A stretch of DNA of 64,000 nt, taken from positions 177-64,176 of the forward strand of contig CANJSG010000003.1 in NCBI GenBank assembly GCA_947476875.1, read 5' to 3'. The translations under genes were made by a program, and so were the position numbers. Positions 48,160 through 57,040 of this stretch are shown piece after piece. Every line of letters begins with the position of its first letter. Within the stretch, counting starts at the first letter, position 1. The stretch is from Verrucomicrobiota bacterium. GTDB taxonomy: Bacteria > Verrucomicrobiota > Verrucomicrobiia > Limisphaerales > CANJSG01. Below the pieces are notes generated by a model. That model was not told the DNA's origin. It searched no databases and saw nothing but the letters and a program-made list of their open reading frames with translations.

Positions 48160-48939
48160 CTACTTGCCGGGAGCGATGGTCAAAGGAGCCGGGGTCGCGG
48201 CGGGAGGCATCATTACGGTCGGGAGGGCCTTGACCAGCTCAGGGTGCCGGGCGAGCAGATCCTGTCGCCGGGACTGGGCCTCTTGCGCCCAGATGTCGGT
48301 GGCGATGTTGCGCACCAGACCATCGTAGATCGTCAGGGCCTGGTCGTTGCGACCGGCGGCTTCGTGGATGCGGCCCTGGGAGATCTTCGCCAACGAGGCC
48401 ACGCCTTCGGACGGATAGCGGTTGGCGACTTCGACGTATTTGGGCAGGGCTTCGGCCGGCTTGCCCTGGGCGTCGAGCGAAGCGGCCACGCCGTAGGCCG
48501 CGGTTGCCTTGATCGAGACGAATTCGGTGCTGTCACCCACCTTGGCGAACGCGGACAGGGCATCGGCGAACTTGCCCTGGCTGTAGAGCGTCTGGGCTCC
48601 GAGCAACTGGGCGCGGACGCCCGATTCGGTCCCGGCATAGTCCGCGGCCACCTTGAAGAAACTGTCGGGATTGGCGTTGGTCACGGCCATTCCCAGGGAA
48701 GAGCCGGGCAAACCAAGAAGAGCGCCGTTGGCCTTTAGCTCGTTCTCGCCCTTCCACCAGGTGTAGACGCCGAAGCTCGCGGCGAGTCCTACCACGAGGA
48801 CGACTCCGAGCACGATATTGCGCCGGTTTGCGTCGATCCACGCCATGAGATCATAGACCGTCGTTGACCCGGTATACGTCTGGCTCTGGGCCGCCGCCTG
48901 AGCGGAATCGGCTGATGACTGCGACTTTTCTCCGTCCAT
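48160..48939 (-). CDS. membrane-anchored TPR-like protein (YfgM-like architecture)
   Basis: A single TM helix (IVLGVVLVVGLAASFGVYTWW) is followed by Ala-rich helical repeats. Confidence 0.6.
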   Translation of the reverse strand: MDGEKSQSSADSAQAAAQSQTYTGSTTVYDLMAWIDANRRNIVLGVVLVVGLAASFGVYTWWKGENELKANGALLGLPGSSLGMAVTNANPDSFFKVAADYAGTESGVRAQLLGAQTLYSQGKFADALSAFAKVGDSTEFVSIKATAAYGVAASLDAQGKPAEALPKYVEVANRYPSEGVASLAKISQGRIHEAAGRNDQALTIYDGLVRNIATDIWAQEAQSRRQDLLARHPELVKALPTVMMPPAATPAPLTIAPGK

Positions 48940-49100
48940 AGGGCTGTGAAATCAATCGATCGAGAGGTCAAAACGCAAGGTTGAAAACCTGCGAGCCCCG
49001 CTGCAAGGCGCCCAACTGCACTCTTGCCTCACCTGTCGCGTCGGCTAGTTTCACCTCTCCCTGGAGCACAACGCCCGGGTTAAACACTCCTCCGACAGTT

Positions 49101-49658
49101 ATGGCATCAGCTAACGACCTCCGCAAAGGCATGGCCATCGTCCTGAACAACGATGTCGCCGTAGTCCTCGAGACCACGCACCGCACTCCGGGCAACCTCC
49201 GTGCCTTCGTCCAGGCCTCGCTCCGAAGCATCAAGACCGGCAAAACCTTCGAGCTCCGCTTCAGCTCGGCTGAAACCATCCAGGTCATTCCCATGATGAC
49301 CACCAAGATGGAGTTCAGCTACAAGGACCGCGAGGACTACATCTTCACCGATCCCGAGACCTACGAAACGGTCCAGCTCACGCCCGAGCTGGTGGGTGAC
49401 GCCAAGAATTTCCTCATGGAGAACGGCAAGGTCACCATGACGTTGATCAACGACAAGCCCGTCTCCATCGAACTCCCCGCCAGCGTCATCCTCACCGTCT
49501 CCGAATCGCCCGAGGGCATCCGCGGCGACTCCGCCAACAACGTGCAGAAGACGATCACGCTCGAGACCGGCATCGAGATCCAGGCCCCTCTCTTCATCAA
49601 GAAGGGCGAGAAGATCAAGGTCGACACCCGCACCGGCAAATACATGGAACGCGCCTGA
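49101..49658 (+). CDS. efp: elongation factor P
   Basis: MASANDLRKGMAIVLNNDVAVV...; 185 aa; typical EF-P blocks (GIRGDSA, KTITLETG). Confidence 0.92.
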   Translation: MASANDLRKGMAIVLNNDVAVVLETTHRTPGNLRAFVQASLRSIKTGKTFELRFSSAETIQVIPMMTTKMEFSYKDREDYIFTDPETYETVQLTPELVGDAKNFLMENGKVTMTLINDKPVSIELPASVILTVSESPEGIRGDSANNVQKTITLETGIEIQAPLFIKKGEKIKVDTRTGKYMERA

Positions 49659-49686
49659 CCAGGCCTTCCTCATCCGGCTCTTTTTC

Positions 49687-49720
49687 AACGCCCGCCTTTA
49701 CCGGCGGGCGTTTTGCTTTT
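49687..49720 (+). terminator. rho-independent terminator after efp
   Basis: AACGCCCGCC-tttacc-GGCGGGCGTT is a perfect 10-bp stem followed by TTGCTTTT, 29 nt after the efp stop. Confidence 0.7.
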
Positions 49721-49737
49721 CACGCGGGCGCTGGCCT

Positions 49738-51060
49738 TCAGCCGCCTTTGGTTTTCCAGATCCCCGGCAGCCCTTCCTTCGTCGCTTGCAGGATCTCCCG
49801 GATCGCCCGTCGTTCCGGCAGCGGCAGATGGTCGAAGGGCGCGGCCGGCTTCTCGTCGGTCAGGACCTTCCACAAACGCGTCAGGATGGTTTCCCGCAGC
49901 ACCGGCGGCAGATCGTCGAACGTCCGGCTGTAGAGCAGGTGGCTGCACCGGTGGCGGAACAGCCGCGTCTTCAGGTCGAAGTCCCGGAGCGACCTTCCTT
50001 TCCCATCGGCCTTCTTTGAAGCGGCAAAGGCCCTCTGGAAGCTCGCGGCCCCCTGGATGCCACTATCGGGCAGCGCGGCCTCGCCGACGAACAGGAGCTG
50101 CTTCAGCACCTTCTCCGCGTAATGGTTCACCACGCTCAAGGTCGAACCGTAGAGCGGCTGCTGCGGATCTTCCTTCAACGCCTCGCACAGACCCTTCCAT
50201 CGGTAAAGGGCCAGCCGCGTCTGGAGATTCGCTTCGCAGAGCGCGTTGTGGGCTCCCACCTGATGCTCAAAAACCATCAGGGCCACGATGTCGCTCTGGG
50301 GCAGCGGATAGGGTTTGGGATCGAAGAAGGCATCGAGCTTGGACAAGTTCGCGCCCGGCTCCACATCAAGATCCGCGCCTTCCTTCGACTGTGTGGCGAA
50401 GGCGTTGCCGCGATGCCGCGCCGTGCCGTGTTGGCCTGTCACATACCAGCCACCCCACCTCTCTGAGATCGGGGTTTCGTGGGTGATGAAGGTGGAACCG
50501 GCCGAGAAGATCGGTTCGCCGCGCTCGTCCGGGAAGACCGAGCGCGCCAGCAGGCCGGGGACGTTGCCGGTCGACGACCGCGCATGGCAGCTCAGGCAAT
50601 CGTCCGCGCGGGTGAACTTCGGCCGCTCCAGCTCGTCGTGCGGATCGACCAGGTAGAAGGTCGCGCCGAGCACGGGATCAAAGGTCGTCAGCTCCATGGC
50701 TCCGCCGGGCACCCAGCCGACGTAGCAATCGTCCGAGAAATAGATCACGCGCGGCCGCGTCGGGCTGATGATCGACCGCTGCTTGCTGGTCTTGGAGAAG
50801 ACCATGATCTGCGATTCGACCGGCACCTTCAGCTCCTTCAGGAGCGCCAGCAGCAGCGTCTTGTCGTCGCCGGGGGCGAACTTCAGTTCACCGCTCTTGA
50901 TCCGCTTCTCGACGCGCGTGGCCGCGTCGTTCGGAGCCGTCTTGGAATAGCGGATCGGCGGCAGCTCGAAGTCCTCCTGATCCGCCCGGGCCCACCACGT
51001 GCCCAGCCCAAGCAGCAGGAAGGCGAGAAGGGGGCGTGGTTGCAGACGGCGGGCGTTCAT
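49738..51060 (-). CDS. hypothetical secreted protein with a single CxxCH heme-binding motif
   Basis: Signal peptide MNARRLQPRPLLAFLLLGLGTWWARA. CLSCH at 50584..50598. I recognise no family. Confidence 0.65.
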   Translation of the reverse strand: MNARRLQPRPLLAFLLLGLGTWWARADQEDFELPPIRYSKTAPNDAATRVEKRIKSGELKFAPGDDKTLLLALLKELKVPVESQIMVFSKTSKQRSIISPTRPRVIYFSDDCYVGWVPGGAMELTTFDPVLGATFYLVDPHDELERPKFTRADDCLSCHARSSTGNVPGLLARSVFPDERGEPIFSAGSTFITHETPISERWGGWYVTGQHGTARHRGNAFATQSKEGADLDVEPGANLSKLDAFFDPKPYPLPQSDIVALMVFEHQVGAHNALCEANLQTRLALYRWKGLCEALKEDPQQPLYGSTLSVVNHYAEKVLKQLLFVGEAALPDSGIQGAASFQRAFAASKKADGKGRSLRDFDLKTRLFRHRCSHLLYSRTFDDLPPVLRETILTRLWKVLTDEKPAAPFDHLPLPERRAIREILQATKEGLPGIWKTKGG

Positions 51061-51148
51061 GGGCCTGAAGGTAGGACGTCAGCTTCCCGCGTTCCTTGAT
51101 GTCCGACAAGGTTTCGGACGAACCGTCCCTTGTCCTTTGTGCAACCTC
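50922..51148. repeat. direct repeat copy A (227 bp): first 46 codons + 88 bp upstream of gene 49738..51060
   Basis: Hand alignment to 51920..52146 at a constant offset of 998 bp gives about 7 mismatches and no gaps. Confidence 0.85.
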
Positions 51149-51218
51149 CTTTCCCGTCACCGCAAGAACCTGACGCCCCAAAGTTCAGCGACTGCGACCA
51201 GTTCGCTCTAGCGCATGG

Positions 51219-51620
51219 TCAGGTGTTTGTCGGAGCATGTTTGACATGCTGATACTCTAAAATCTTGCCGTCCATGGTCACGAGCGGCGCCTCGAGAACG
51301 CGAGCGGTCGCGACGATGATTTGGTCTGCGGGATCGCGGTGAAACTCGCCCGGAAGCTGCGTGGACTCGACGCAAATGCGCGGCGTAAGCTCGACAAGAC
51401 GGACGCCGGGATAGGCGAGCGCCTGCTGGAGCCAATCGACGACCGGGCACGGCAAGGTCAGGCGGCCATGCTCGACGAGCTTGGCGACCTCCCAGCAAGA
51501 AATGGCGCTCACCGCCAAGCCTGTCTGCTCGGAAGAAGCGAGAAGCGCGCGGGTCGAATCGGGAAGCGACGGATCGCCGTGAACCCACCAGACCCAGATG
51601 TGCGTATCAAGGACGATCAT
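51219..51620 (-). CDS. vapC: PIN-domain toxin, VapC family
   Basis: MIVLDTHIWVWW..., with acidic PIN residues (D5, E in CWEV, D in DPADQIIVATA). The start overlaps the upstream antitoxin stop by 4 nt. Confidence 0.85.
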   Translation of the reverse strand: MIVLDTHIWVWWVHGDPSLPDSTRALLASSEQTGLAVSAISCWEVAKLVEHGRLTLPCPVVDWLQQALAYPGVRLVELTPRICVESTQLPGEFHRDPADQIIVATARVLEAPLVTMDGKILEYQHVKHAPTNT

Positions 51621-51832
51621 CCGGCAGCCTCCCAGTCAACGTCCGCCACCGGTTTGGTGGGCGCTACGAGCGTGACCGGGGTGCCGCGAAGCGGGTAACG
51701 CGAACCCGAGGCTGCGGGGGTGGCAAAGGGCAGCACGATGACCTCGACGGACTCTCCGCGGCGAAACGGAATGTCGTAAAGCGTGAGAACGCCGTCCTCG
51801 GACAAAGTGGTTTCAGCGCGGTGAGCTTGCAT
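51617..51832 (-). CDS. putative antitoxin of the VapC toxin
   Basis: A 71-aa ORF immediately upstream of the PIN gene with a 4-nt overlap. The antitoxin family is not recognised. Confidence 0.6.
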   Translation of the reverse strand: MQAHRAETTLSEDGVLTLYDIPFRRGESVEVIVLPFATPAASGSRYPLRGTPVTLVAPTKPVADVDWEAAG

Positions 51833-51919
51833 GGCTGGAGAATGAAGAGCCTTCGATTACGGGGCAAGCGCGAGAACCCCAGATAGCCGGCAGCGCACGC
51901 CGAAACACGGGGCGTGTAA

Positions 51920-52058
51920 CCGCGTCGTTCGGGGCCGTCTTGGAATAGCGGATCGGCGGCAGCTCGAAGTCCTCCTGATCCGCCCGGGCCCACCACGTGC
52001 CCAGCCCAAGCAGCAGGCAGGCGAGAAGGGTGCGCGGTTGCAGACGGCGGGCGTTCAT
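51920..52058 (-). pseudogene. duplicated 5' fragment (46 codons) of gene 49738..51060
   Basis: MNARRLQPRTLLACLLLGLGTWWARADQEDFELPPIRYSKTAPNDA is near-identical to the N-terminus of the full gene. Homology ends at 51920. Confidence 0.8.
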
Positions 52059-52146
52059 GGGCCTGAAGGTAGGACGTCAGCTTCCCGCGTTCCTTGATGT
52101 CCGACAAGGTTTCGGACGAACCGTCCTTTGTTCTTTGTTCAACCTC
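51920..52146. repeat. direct repeat copy B (227 bp)
   Basis: See copy A. It contains a second copy of the ATG (52056..52058) and of the signal-peptide codons. Confidence 0.85.
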
Positions 52147-52215
52147 GTTTTGGTCAGCTTGGCGGAAATGCTGCCGGCTTGTAGCCAGCACCTCTGTTCA
52201 ACGACTGGACGGATT

Positions 52216-52461
52216 TCATCGGCTTCCGTTCCACATCTGCCCCAACACCGCTAGCGTGACGATCACGATGATTATGATGAAACACCCTACATTAGCAGTC
52301 CGCTCAGTCCCCGATTTCCCAAGGAAACCTCGCTTTATAGGAATGCCGCAGTGCGGGCATTTATCAGCCTCGCTGCTGGCCTCCTTTTTACATTCCGGAC
52401 AATTAATCAGCGCCACAGTTGGCCTTAAGGTTTGCTTGTCACCGGTGTTCATCCGCCACAA
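52216..52461 (-). CDS. small zinc-ribbon membrane protein in a low-GC patch
   Basis: CPEC...CPHC double CxxC motif followed by one TM helix (GCFIIIIVIVTLAVLG). It begins 5 nt after the dnaN stop (alternative ATG at 52452). Confidence 0.5.
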   Translation of the reverse strand: MWRMNTGDKQTLRPTVALINCPECKKEASSEADKCPHCGIPIKRGFLGKSGTERTANVGCFIIIIVIVTLAVLGQMWNGSR

Positions 52462-52466
52462 ACGCC

Positions 52467-53576
52467 TCAGCTCAGCCGCATCGGCATGACGACGTAGAGG
52501 AAGGGTCCGTTGATCTTCAGGACGCCGGGGCTCAGTTCGTCGATCAGCTCGATGAAGACCTCGTCCACGCCGAGGGCGTTGAGCGGGTCGAGCAGGTAGG
52601 CCGGGTTGAAGGCGATGGCCATGTCCTTGCCCTTGTAGTCGATGGCGAGGCTTTCCTTGGCTTCACCGACTTCGGGGGCGTTGGCCGTGATCGTCAGGTT
52701 GTTCTTGGTGAAGGCCAGCTTCACCGAGTTCGACTTGTCGCTCGTCATGATCTCCGCGCGGCGGACGGCCTGCTGGAGTTCCTCGCGCTGGATGGGAATG
52801 CGTTCCTTGGCTTCGCCGGGGATGACCTGCCGGTAGTTCGGGTAGTTGCCTTCGACGAGCTTGGAGATGAGCAGGACGCTGAAGCCGGCGTCGTTCTTGA
52901 GGGTGAAGGCCACCTGGTTGTCGGTGAAGCGGATCTCCACGTCGCCCTTGTCGCCCAACAGGCGGGAGAGTTCGTTCACGGCCTTGGTGGGCACGATGAA
53001 CTCGCCCTGGCTGCCTTCGCCGATGTCCGCCTCTTCCTCGACCAAGGCCAGACGACGGCCGTCGGTGGCCACCATGGTCAGCTTGTGGTCCTTGAGCGAC
53101 AGGAAGACGCCATTGAGGACGTAGCGGGACTCGTCCGTGGAGATGGCGAAGGAGGTTTTCTTCAACATGCTCCGGACCTTTTCCTGCGGCAGGACGACCT
53201 TCTTGTTCTCCTTGAACTGGGGGAACGGGGGAAACTCTTCGGCGGCGAGGCCGTTGATCTTGAAGAACGACGCTCCGGACGAGATGGCCGTGGTGTTCTT
53301 GTCGTCGACCTCCAGCTCGATCTCGGGGCTGCTCAGCTCGCGGGCGATGCCGAAGAGCTTCTTCACGGGGATCGTGGTGGAGCCGGGTTTGGAGACCTTG
53401 GCTTCGACACTGCACGAGATGGTGACGTCGAGATCGGTGGCGGTCAGCTCCAGACGATTGTCACCGGCCTTGAGGAGGACGTTCGACAGGATCGGCAGCG
53501 TGGTGCGTGAGCTGACCACGCTTTGGACCGACTGGAGTCCGAGCAGCAATTGATCTTTGGCGATCGACAGGTTCAT
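52467..53576 (-). CDS. dnaN: DNA polymerase III beta sliding clamp
   Basis: 369 aa with typical DnaN blocks (TLPILSNVLL, LTATDLD, VATDGRRLA, YVVMPMRL). Confidence 0.92.
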   Translation of the reverse strand: MNLSIAKDQLLLGLQSVQSVVSSRTTLPILSNVLLKAGDNRLELTATDLDVTISCSVEAKVSKPGSTTIPVKKLFGIARELSSPEIELEVDDKNTTAISSGASFFKINGLAAEEFPPFPQFKENKKVVLPQEKVRSMLKKTSFAISTDESRYVLNGVFLSLKDHKLTMVATDGRRLALVEEEADIGEGSQGEFIVPTKAVNELSRLLGDKGDVEIRFTDNQVAFTLKNDAGFSVLLISKLVEGNYPNYRQVIPGEAKERIPIQREELQQAVRRAEIMTSDKSNSVKLAFTKNNLTITANAPEVGEAKESLAIDYKGKDMAIAFNPAYLLDPLNALGVDEVFIELIDELSPGVLKINGPFLYVVMPMRLS

Positions 53577-53595
53577 TGGCGCGTTAGTTGACTGT

Positions 53596-53816
53596 CTCTC
53601 TTTGAAAAAATCTACCTATTAGTAAGGGCTGTGGATAAGTGGAACAACCATCCGGAAACCACCGATTGGCGCGGGGTTGGACCACCTCCAGCCCTGCGAA
53701 CAAAGCCGTTCCTGGATGCGGACAGGTATCCAGAAACTGGGCGGGAACCGGACTTCGCCGGGTTATTCGCAGCCGCCGAGGAGTTGTTCACAGGCAAACC
53801 CACAGGCTTATCCACG
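53596..53816. promoter_or_regulatory. DnaA-box cluster with an AT-rich tract upstream of dnaN
   Basis: Perfect box TGTGGATAA (53630..53638). TTATCCACG (53808..53816) matches 8/9. Three 7/9 matches: TTGTTCACA (53784..53792), TTATTCGCA (53763..53771), GTATCCAGA (53726..53734). AT-rich tctctctttgaaaaaatctacctattagtaag at about 53596..53628. Confidence 0.5.
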
Positions 53817-54992
53817 GCGCACCTGCCGGATGACGTCGGGCAACAACGCGCAGACGGAAGCCACTTCTTCGGCCGTCGTTTCCCGGCCGAGGGAAAACCG
53901 GACCAGGGCATTCGCCCGGTTCGCCGGCTGGCCAAGAGCCAGCACGACATGGGACGGCTCCAACGAACCGGCGGAACAGGCCGAGCCACTCGAAGCGCAA
54001 GCCCCCTCCATGTCGAGCCCGGCCATCAAAGCGATGCTGTCCGAGCCGTCGACGGTGAAGGCGACGGTGTTGGGCAGGCTGGAAACCGATTCGCCCTTGC
54101 GCGGGCCTAGAAGAGTCACGCCGTCGATGGCGGAAGCGGCCGCAGCCAGCTTTTCAGAGAACAGGGAGAGGGTTTCAGCCGGAAACACCGGGGTGTGGAC
54201 GAAACGTTCCACCGCCTCGGTCAGCCCGATGATGGCCGGAAGGTTCTCCGTGCCGGCCCTGCGCTCCGTTTCATGGCCGCCGCCGAAGAGAATGGGATGC
54301 GGCTGCAGCGGCGAACGGATGAACAGTGCCCCGGCGCCTTTCGGCCCGTGAAACTTGTGGGCGCAAACGGAAACTAGGTCGGCGTTGAACTGGTCGATGT
54401 TTGCGAAAGGCAGTTTGCCGAAGGCTTGGACGGCGTCGCAGTGGAAGAGAACCCCGCGTTCGCGGCACAAGGCGCCGATCTCGGCGACCGGCTGGATAGT
54501 GCCGATCTCGTTGTTCGCCGCCATGACCGAGACGAGCACGGTATCAGGCCGGATGGCTTTGCGGACCGATCCGGGATCAACCCGGCCCACGGAATCCACC
54601 GGCAAGTAAGTGACTTCGAAGCCCTCGTGCTTCTCCAGATACCCGAAGGCGTGGAGCACGGCGTGGTGTTCGATCCGCGTGGTGATGACGTGGCGGCCTT
54701 TGGGACGGAGCAACCGAGCCGAGCCGAAGAGGGCGAGGTTGTTCGATTCGGTTCCTCCCGAAGTGAAGACCACTTCGCTGGGTTTGCACTTGAAGACCGT
54801 CGCCACCCGATCCCGCGCCTCGTCCAGCGCCGCCCGTGCTTCCCGGCCGACGCGGTGGACGGAGGAAGGATTGCCGTAAACGCGTTCCAAGAACGGCGCC
54901 ATGGCCTCGCGCACGCCGGCATCGAGCGGCGTGGTGGCGTTGTAGTCGAAGTAGATCGTCCGCACGGAGAAGAGTAAGAGAAAGTCCGACAA
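53808..54992 (-). CDS. cysteine desulfurase (NifS/IscS family)
   Basis: DYNATTP N-terminus, PLP lysine region SVCAHKFHGPKG, and active-site SSGSACSAG. Confidence 0.85.
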   Translation of the reverse strand: MSDFLLLFSVRTIYFDYNATTPLDAGVREAMAPFLERVYGNPSSVHRVGREARAALDEARDRVATVFKCKPSEVVFTSGGTESNNLALFGSARLLRPKGRHVITTRIEHHAVLHAFGYLEKHEGFEVTYLPVDSVGRVDPGSVRKAIRPDTVLVSVMAANNEIGTIQPVAEIGALCRERGVLFHCDAVQAFGKLPFANIDQFNADLVSVCAHKFHGPKGAGALFIRSPLQPHPILFGGGHETERRAGTENLPAIIGLTEAVERFVHTPVFPAETLSLFSEKLAAAASAIDGVTLLGPRKGESVSSLPNTVAFTVDGSDSIALMAGLDMEGACASSGSACSAGSLEPSHVVLALGQPANRANALVRFSLGRETTAEEVASVCALLPDVIRQVRRG

Positions 54993-55001
54993 GCGCGGAC
55001 A

Positions 55002-55613
55002 TCAACGGCGACGCGGATCGGGCTCCGGCGGCTTGGACGGCGGAAAGGTGACGCCGGCGTAGATCTCCTTCAACGAAAGCGTCACTCCCAGCACGGGCAG
55101 AATGAGGCTGCCATCAAAACCAGAAGCGCTGCGGAGCAGCCACTCGTTCGAGTCTTGGCGGATGAAGAGATCCAAAGACGGCTCTGATTGGCTGATGACG
55201 AGATACTCCCGCAGCGAGGCCATGCGGCGGTAGAGATTGAACTTGGCTCCTCGGTCGTAGCCTTCGGTTGCGGGCGAAGCCACTTCGACCACCAGGGAAG
55301 GATTGATGATCGTGTCCTCTTGTTCGTCGTCGAATTCCAAAGGCCCGCAGACCACCGAGATGTCGGGATAGGTGTAGAACAGAACACCCGGCGGACGAAC
55401 CCGAAGGTCGCTGTTGAACGGCCGGCAAGGTCCGCCCTGGAGCTTGTTACCAATCTCTCTGGCTGCATTGGTGCCGATCAGGCTGTGCATCGGCGATCCC
55501 CCGGCCATCGCGAAGACCTCGCCGTCGTAGAACTCGCTCTTGAATTCGGCGGCCCGTTCCAAGGCGAGATACTCCTTGGCGGTCAGGCGTTGGACTGGTT
55601 GTGCGAGGCCCAT
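55002..55613 (-). CDS. Uma2 family (DUF820) restriction-endonuclease-fold protein
   Basis: ATG at 55613. LTAKEYLALE...EFYDGEV..., PDISVV, VVEVASPAT and YRRMASLREYLVI blocks. Confidence 0.8.
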   Translation of the reverse strand: MGLAQPVQRLTAKEYLALERAAEFKSEFYDGEVFAMAGGSPMHSLIGTNAAREIGNKLQGGPCRPFNSDLRVRPPGVLFYTYPDISVVCGPLEFDDEQEDTIINPSLVVEVASPATEGYDRGAKFNLYRRMASLREYLVISQSEPSLDLFIRQDSNEWLLRSASGFDGSLILPVLGVTLSLKEIYAGVTFPPSKPPEPDPRRR

Positions 55614-55642
55614 AACGAAATCAGTGAACCACAGCGGACGGA

Positions 55643-56275
55643 TCAAGAGAAGCGGTCTTCGGTCCACGGATCGGCCGTGTTGCTGTAGCCGCGCAGTTCC
55701 CAGAAGCCGAGGATATCGCGGTCGAGGAAGACGATCTCCCGGATCCACTTGGCGCCCTTCCACGCATACTTCTTCGGCACGATGACGCGGGCCGGCCCGC
55801 CGTGTTCCTTGGCGAGGGGTTGGCCGTTCCACGAATGTGCGATGAGCACGTCGTCATCCATCATTACGTCGAGCGGGTTGTTCGTGCTGTAACCGTCGTA
55901 GCTCTTGAAAAACACGTGCGAGGCGTGGGCCTTGGGCTTCACCAGATCCGCCAGTGTGAAGAATGAAACGCCTTGGAACTCCATGTCGTATTGGCTCCAC
56001 GTCGTCACGCAGTGGAAGTCGCTGACGTCGGTGAACTGCGGCAGCGCGTGGAACTGCTCCCAGTTCAGCGTCACGGGATTCTCCACCAGCCCATGGATCT
56101 TGAGGGCCCACTCGGTCAGCGGCACCTCCGGCTTCACGCCCAGATCCAGCACGGGAAAGTTCGTCACCTGCCTTTGGCCGGGAGGCAGGCGGTTCTCGGA
56201 GCGGACGGCGGGCTTTTCCTTGCCCGCCATCTTGCGCGCCCAACGTTCCTTGGCCGCGATGTAGGCTTCCTTCAT
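55643..56275 (-). CDS. sulfite oxidase-like molybdopterin oxidoreductase (small form)
   Basis: ATG at 56275. FHCVTTWS (Mo-ligand Cys region) and GGPARVIVPKKYAWKGAKW. Confidence 0.8.
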   Translation of the reverse strand: MKEAYIAAKERWARKMAGKEKPAVRSENRLPPGQRQVTNFPVLDLGVKPEVPLTEWALKIHGLVENPVTLNWEQFHALPQFTDVSDFHCVTTWSQYDMEFQGVSFFTLADLVKPKAHASHVFFKSYDGYSTNNPLDVMMDDDVLIAHSWNGQPLAKEHGGPARVIVPKKYAWKGAKWIREIVFLDRDILGFWELRGYSNTADPWTEDRFS

Positions 56276-56441
56276 GGGCCGGAAGATAGCGGGGCAAAGC
56301 CCAAAGTCACGAAGGCCGTCGGCTAAGGCCGTCGGCCATCGCCGTCCAAGCGAACGCAAACAGAGTGATGCTTTCGTATCATTGAACCGTCCGTCTCAGG
56401 CACTATTGCCTAAATCGAAAGTCACGGAATCATTCCAACGC

Positions 56442-56975
56442 ATGAAACGTCTGGCATCCCTTGTTTCGCTGATGTGTTTAGCCGCCTCCACCGCCCAGGT
56501 TTTGGCGGCGGACAAATCCCTGTTGGGCGGGTCCCTCCTGGGAATCCGCGGCGGGGTCGACACCCAGGGAAAGATCAGCCATTCCGAGTTGGCCGGGGAA
56601 TTCAGTCTCCCGTGGAAGTTCTCTTTGGAAAACGGCTGGACGATCTCCACCTCGGTCCAACCGTCGATCGGCTGGATCCGCGATGACGACCACGGCGCGG
56701 TGATCGGTTCCTTGGGACCAGCCTTCAGGTTGTCCAGCGAAGGGATTCCCTTGTCGTTCATCGGAGGTTCGGCGCCGACCCTCGTTGGCCGGAACAACAT
56801 CGGGGGTCGCAACATCGGCACCGCCTTCCAGTTCACCACGCACGTCGGCTTGGCTTGGCGGTTCAGCGACCACCTGGAAGCGAGCTATCGCTTCCAGCAC
56901 ATGTCCGACGGCGGCATCGGTCGCACCAACCCCGGGATCAACGAACACATGCTCGGAGTGAGCTGGAGGTTTTAG
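56442..56975 (+). CDS. acyloxyacyl hydrolase (PagL-like outer-membrane lipid A deacylase)
   Basis: Signal peptide from the ATG at 56442. Beta-barrel-like alternating pattern. C-terminal YRFQHMSDGG...N.G.N resembles the PagL His/Ser region. Confidence 0.7.
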   Translation: MKRLASLVSLMCLAASTAQVLAADKSLLGGSLLGIRGGVDTQGKISHSELAGEFSLPWKFSLENGWTISTSVQPSIGWIRDDDHGAVIGSLGPAFRLSSEGIPLSFIGGSAPTLVGRNNIGGRNIGTAFQFTTHVGLAWRFSDHLEASYRFQHMSDGGIGRTNPGINEHMLGVSWRF

Positions 56976-57040
56976 GGGGAACTGAAGTTGGTTTTAAGCA
57001 CGGTTGACCGAGGCGCAGAGGAGCCCGCTCAATCGGCTTC

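Noticed and set aside
56276-56441. Replication origin at the minus-to-plus strand switch point
   Set aside because: I saw no TTATCCACA-like boxes or marked AT-rich tract in this divergent spacer. The box cluster is at 53.6-53.8 kb instead.
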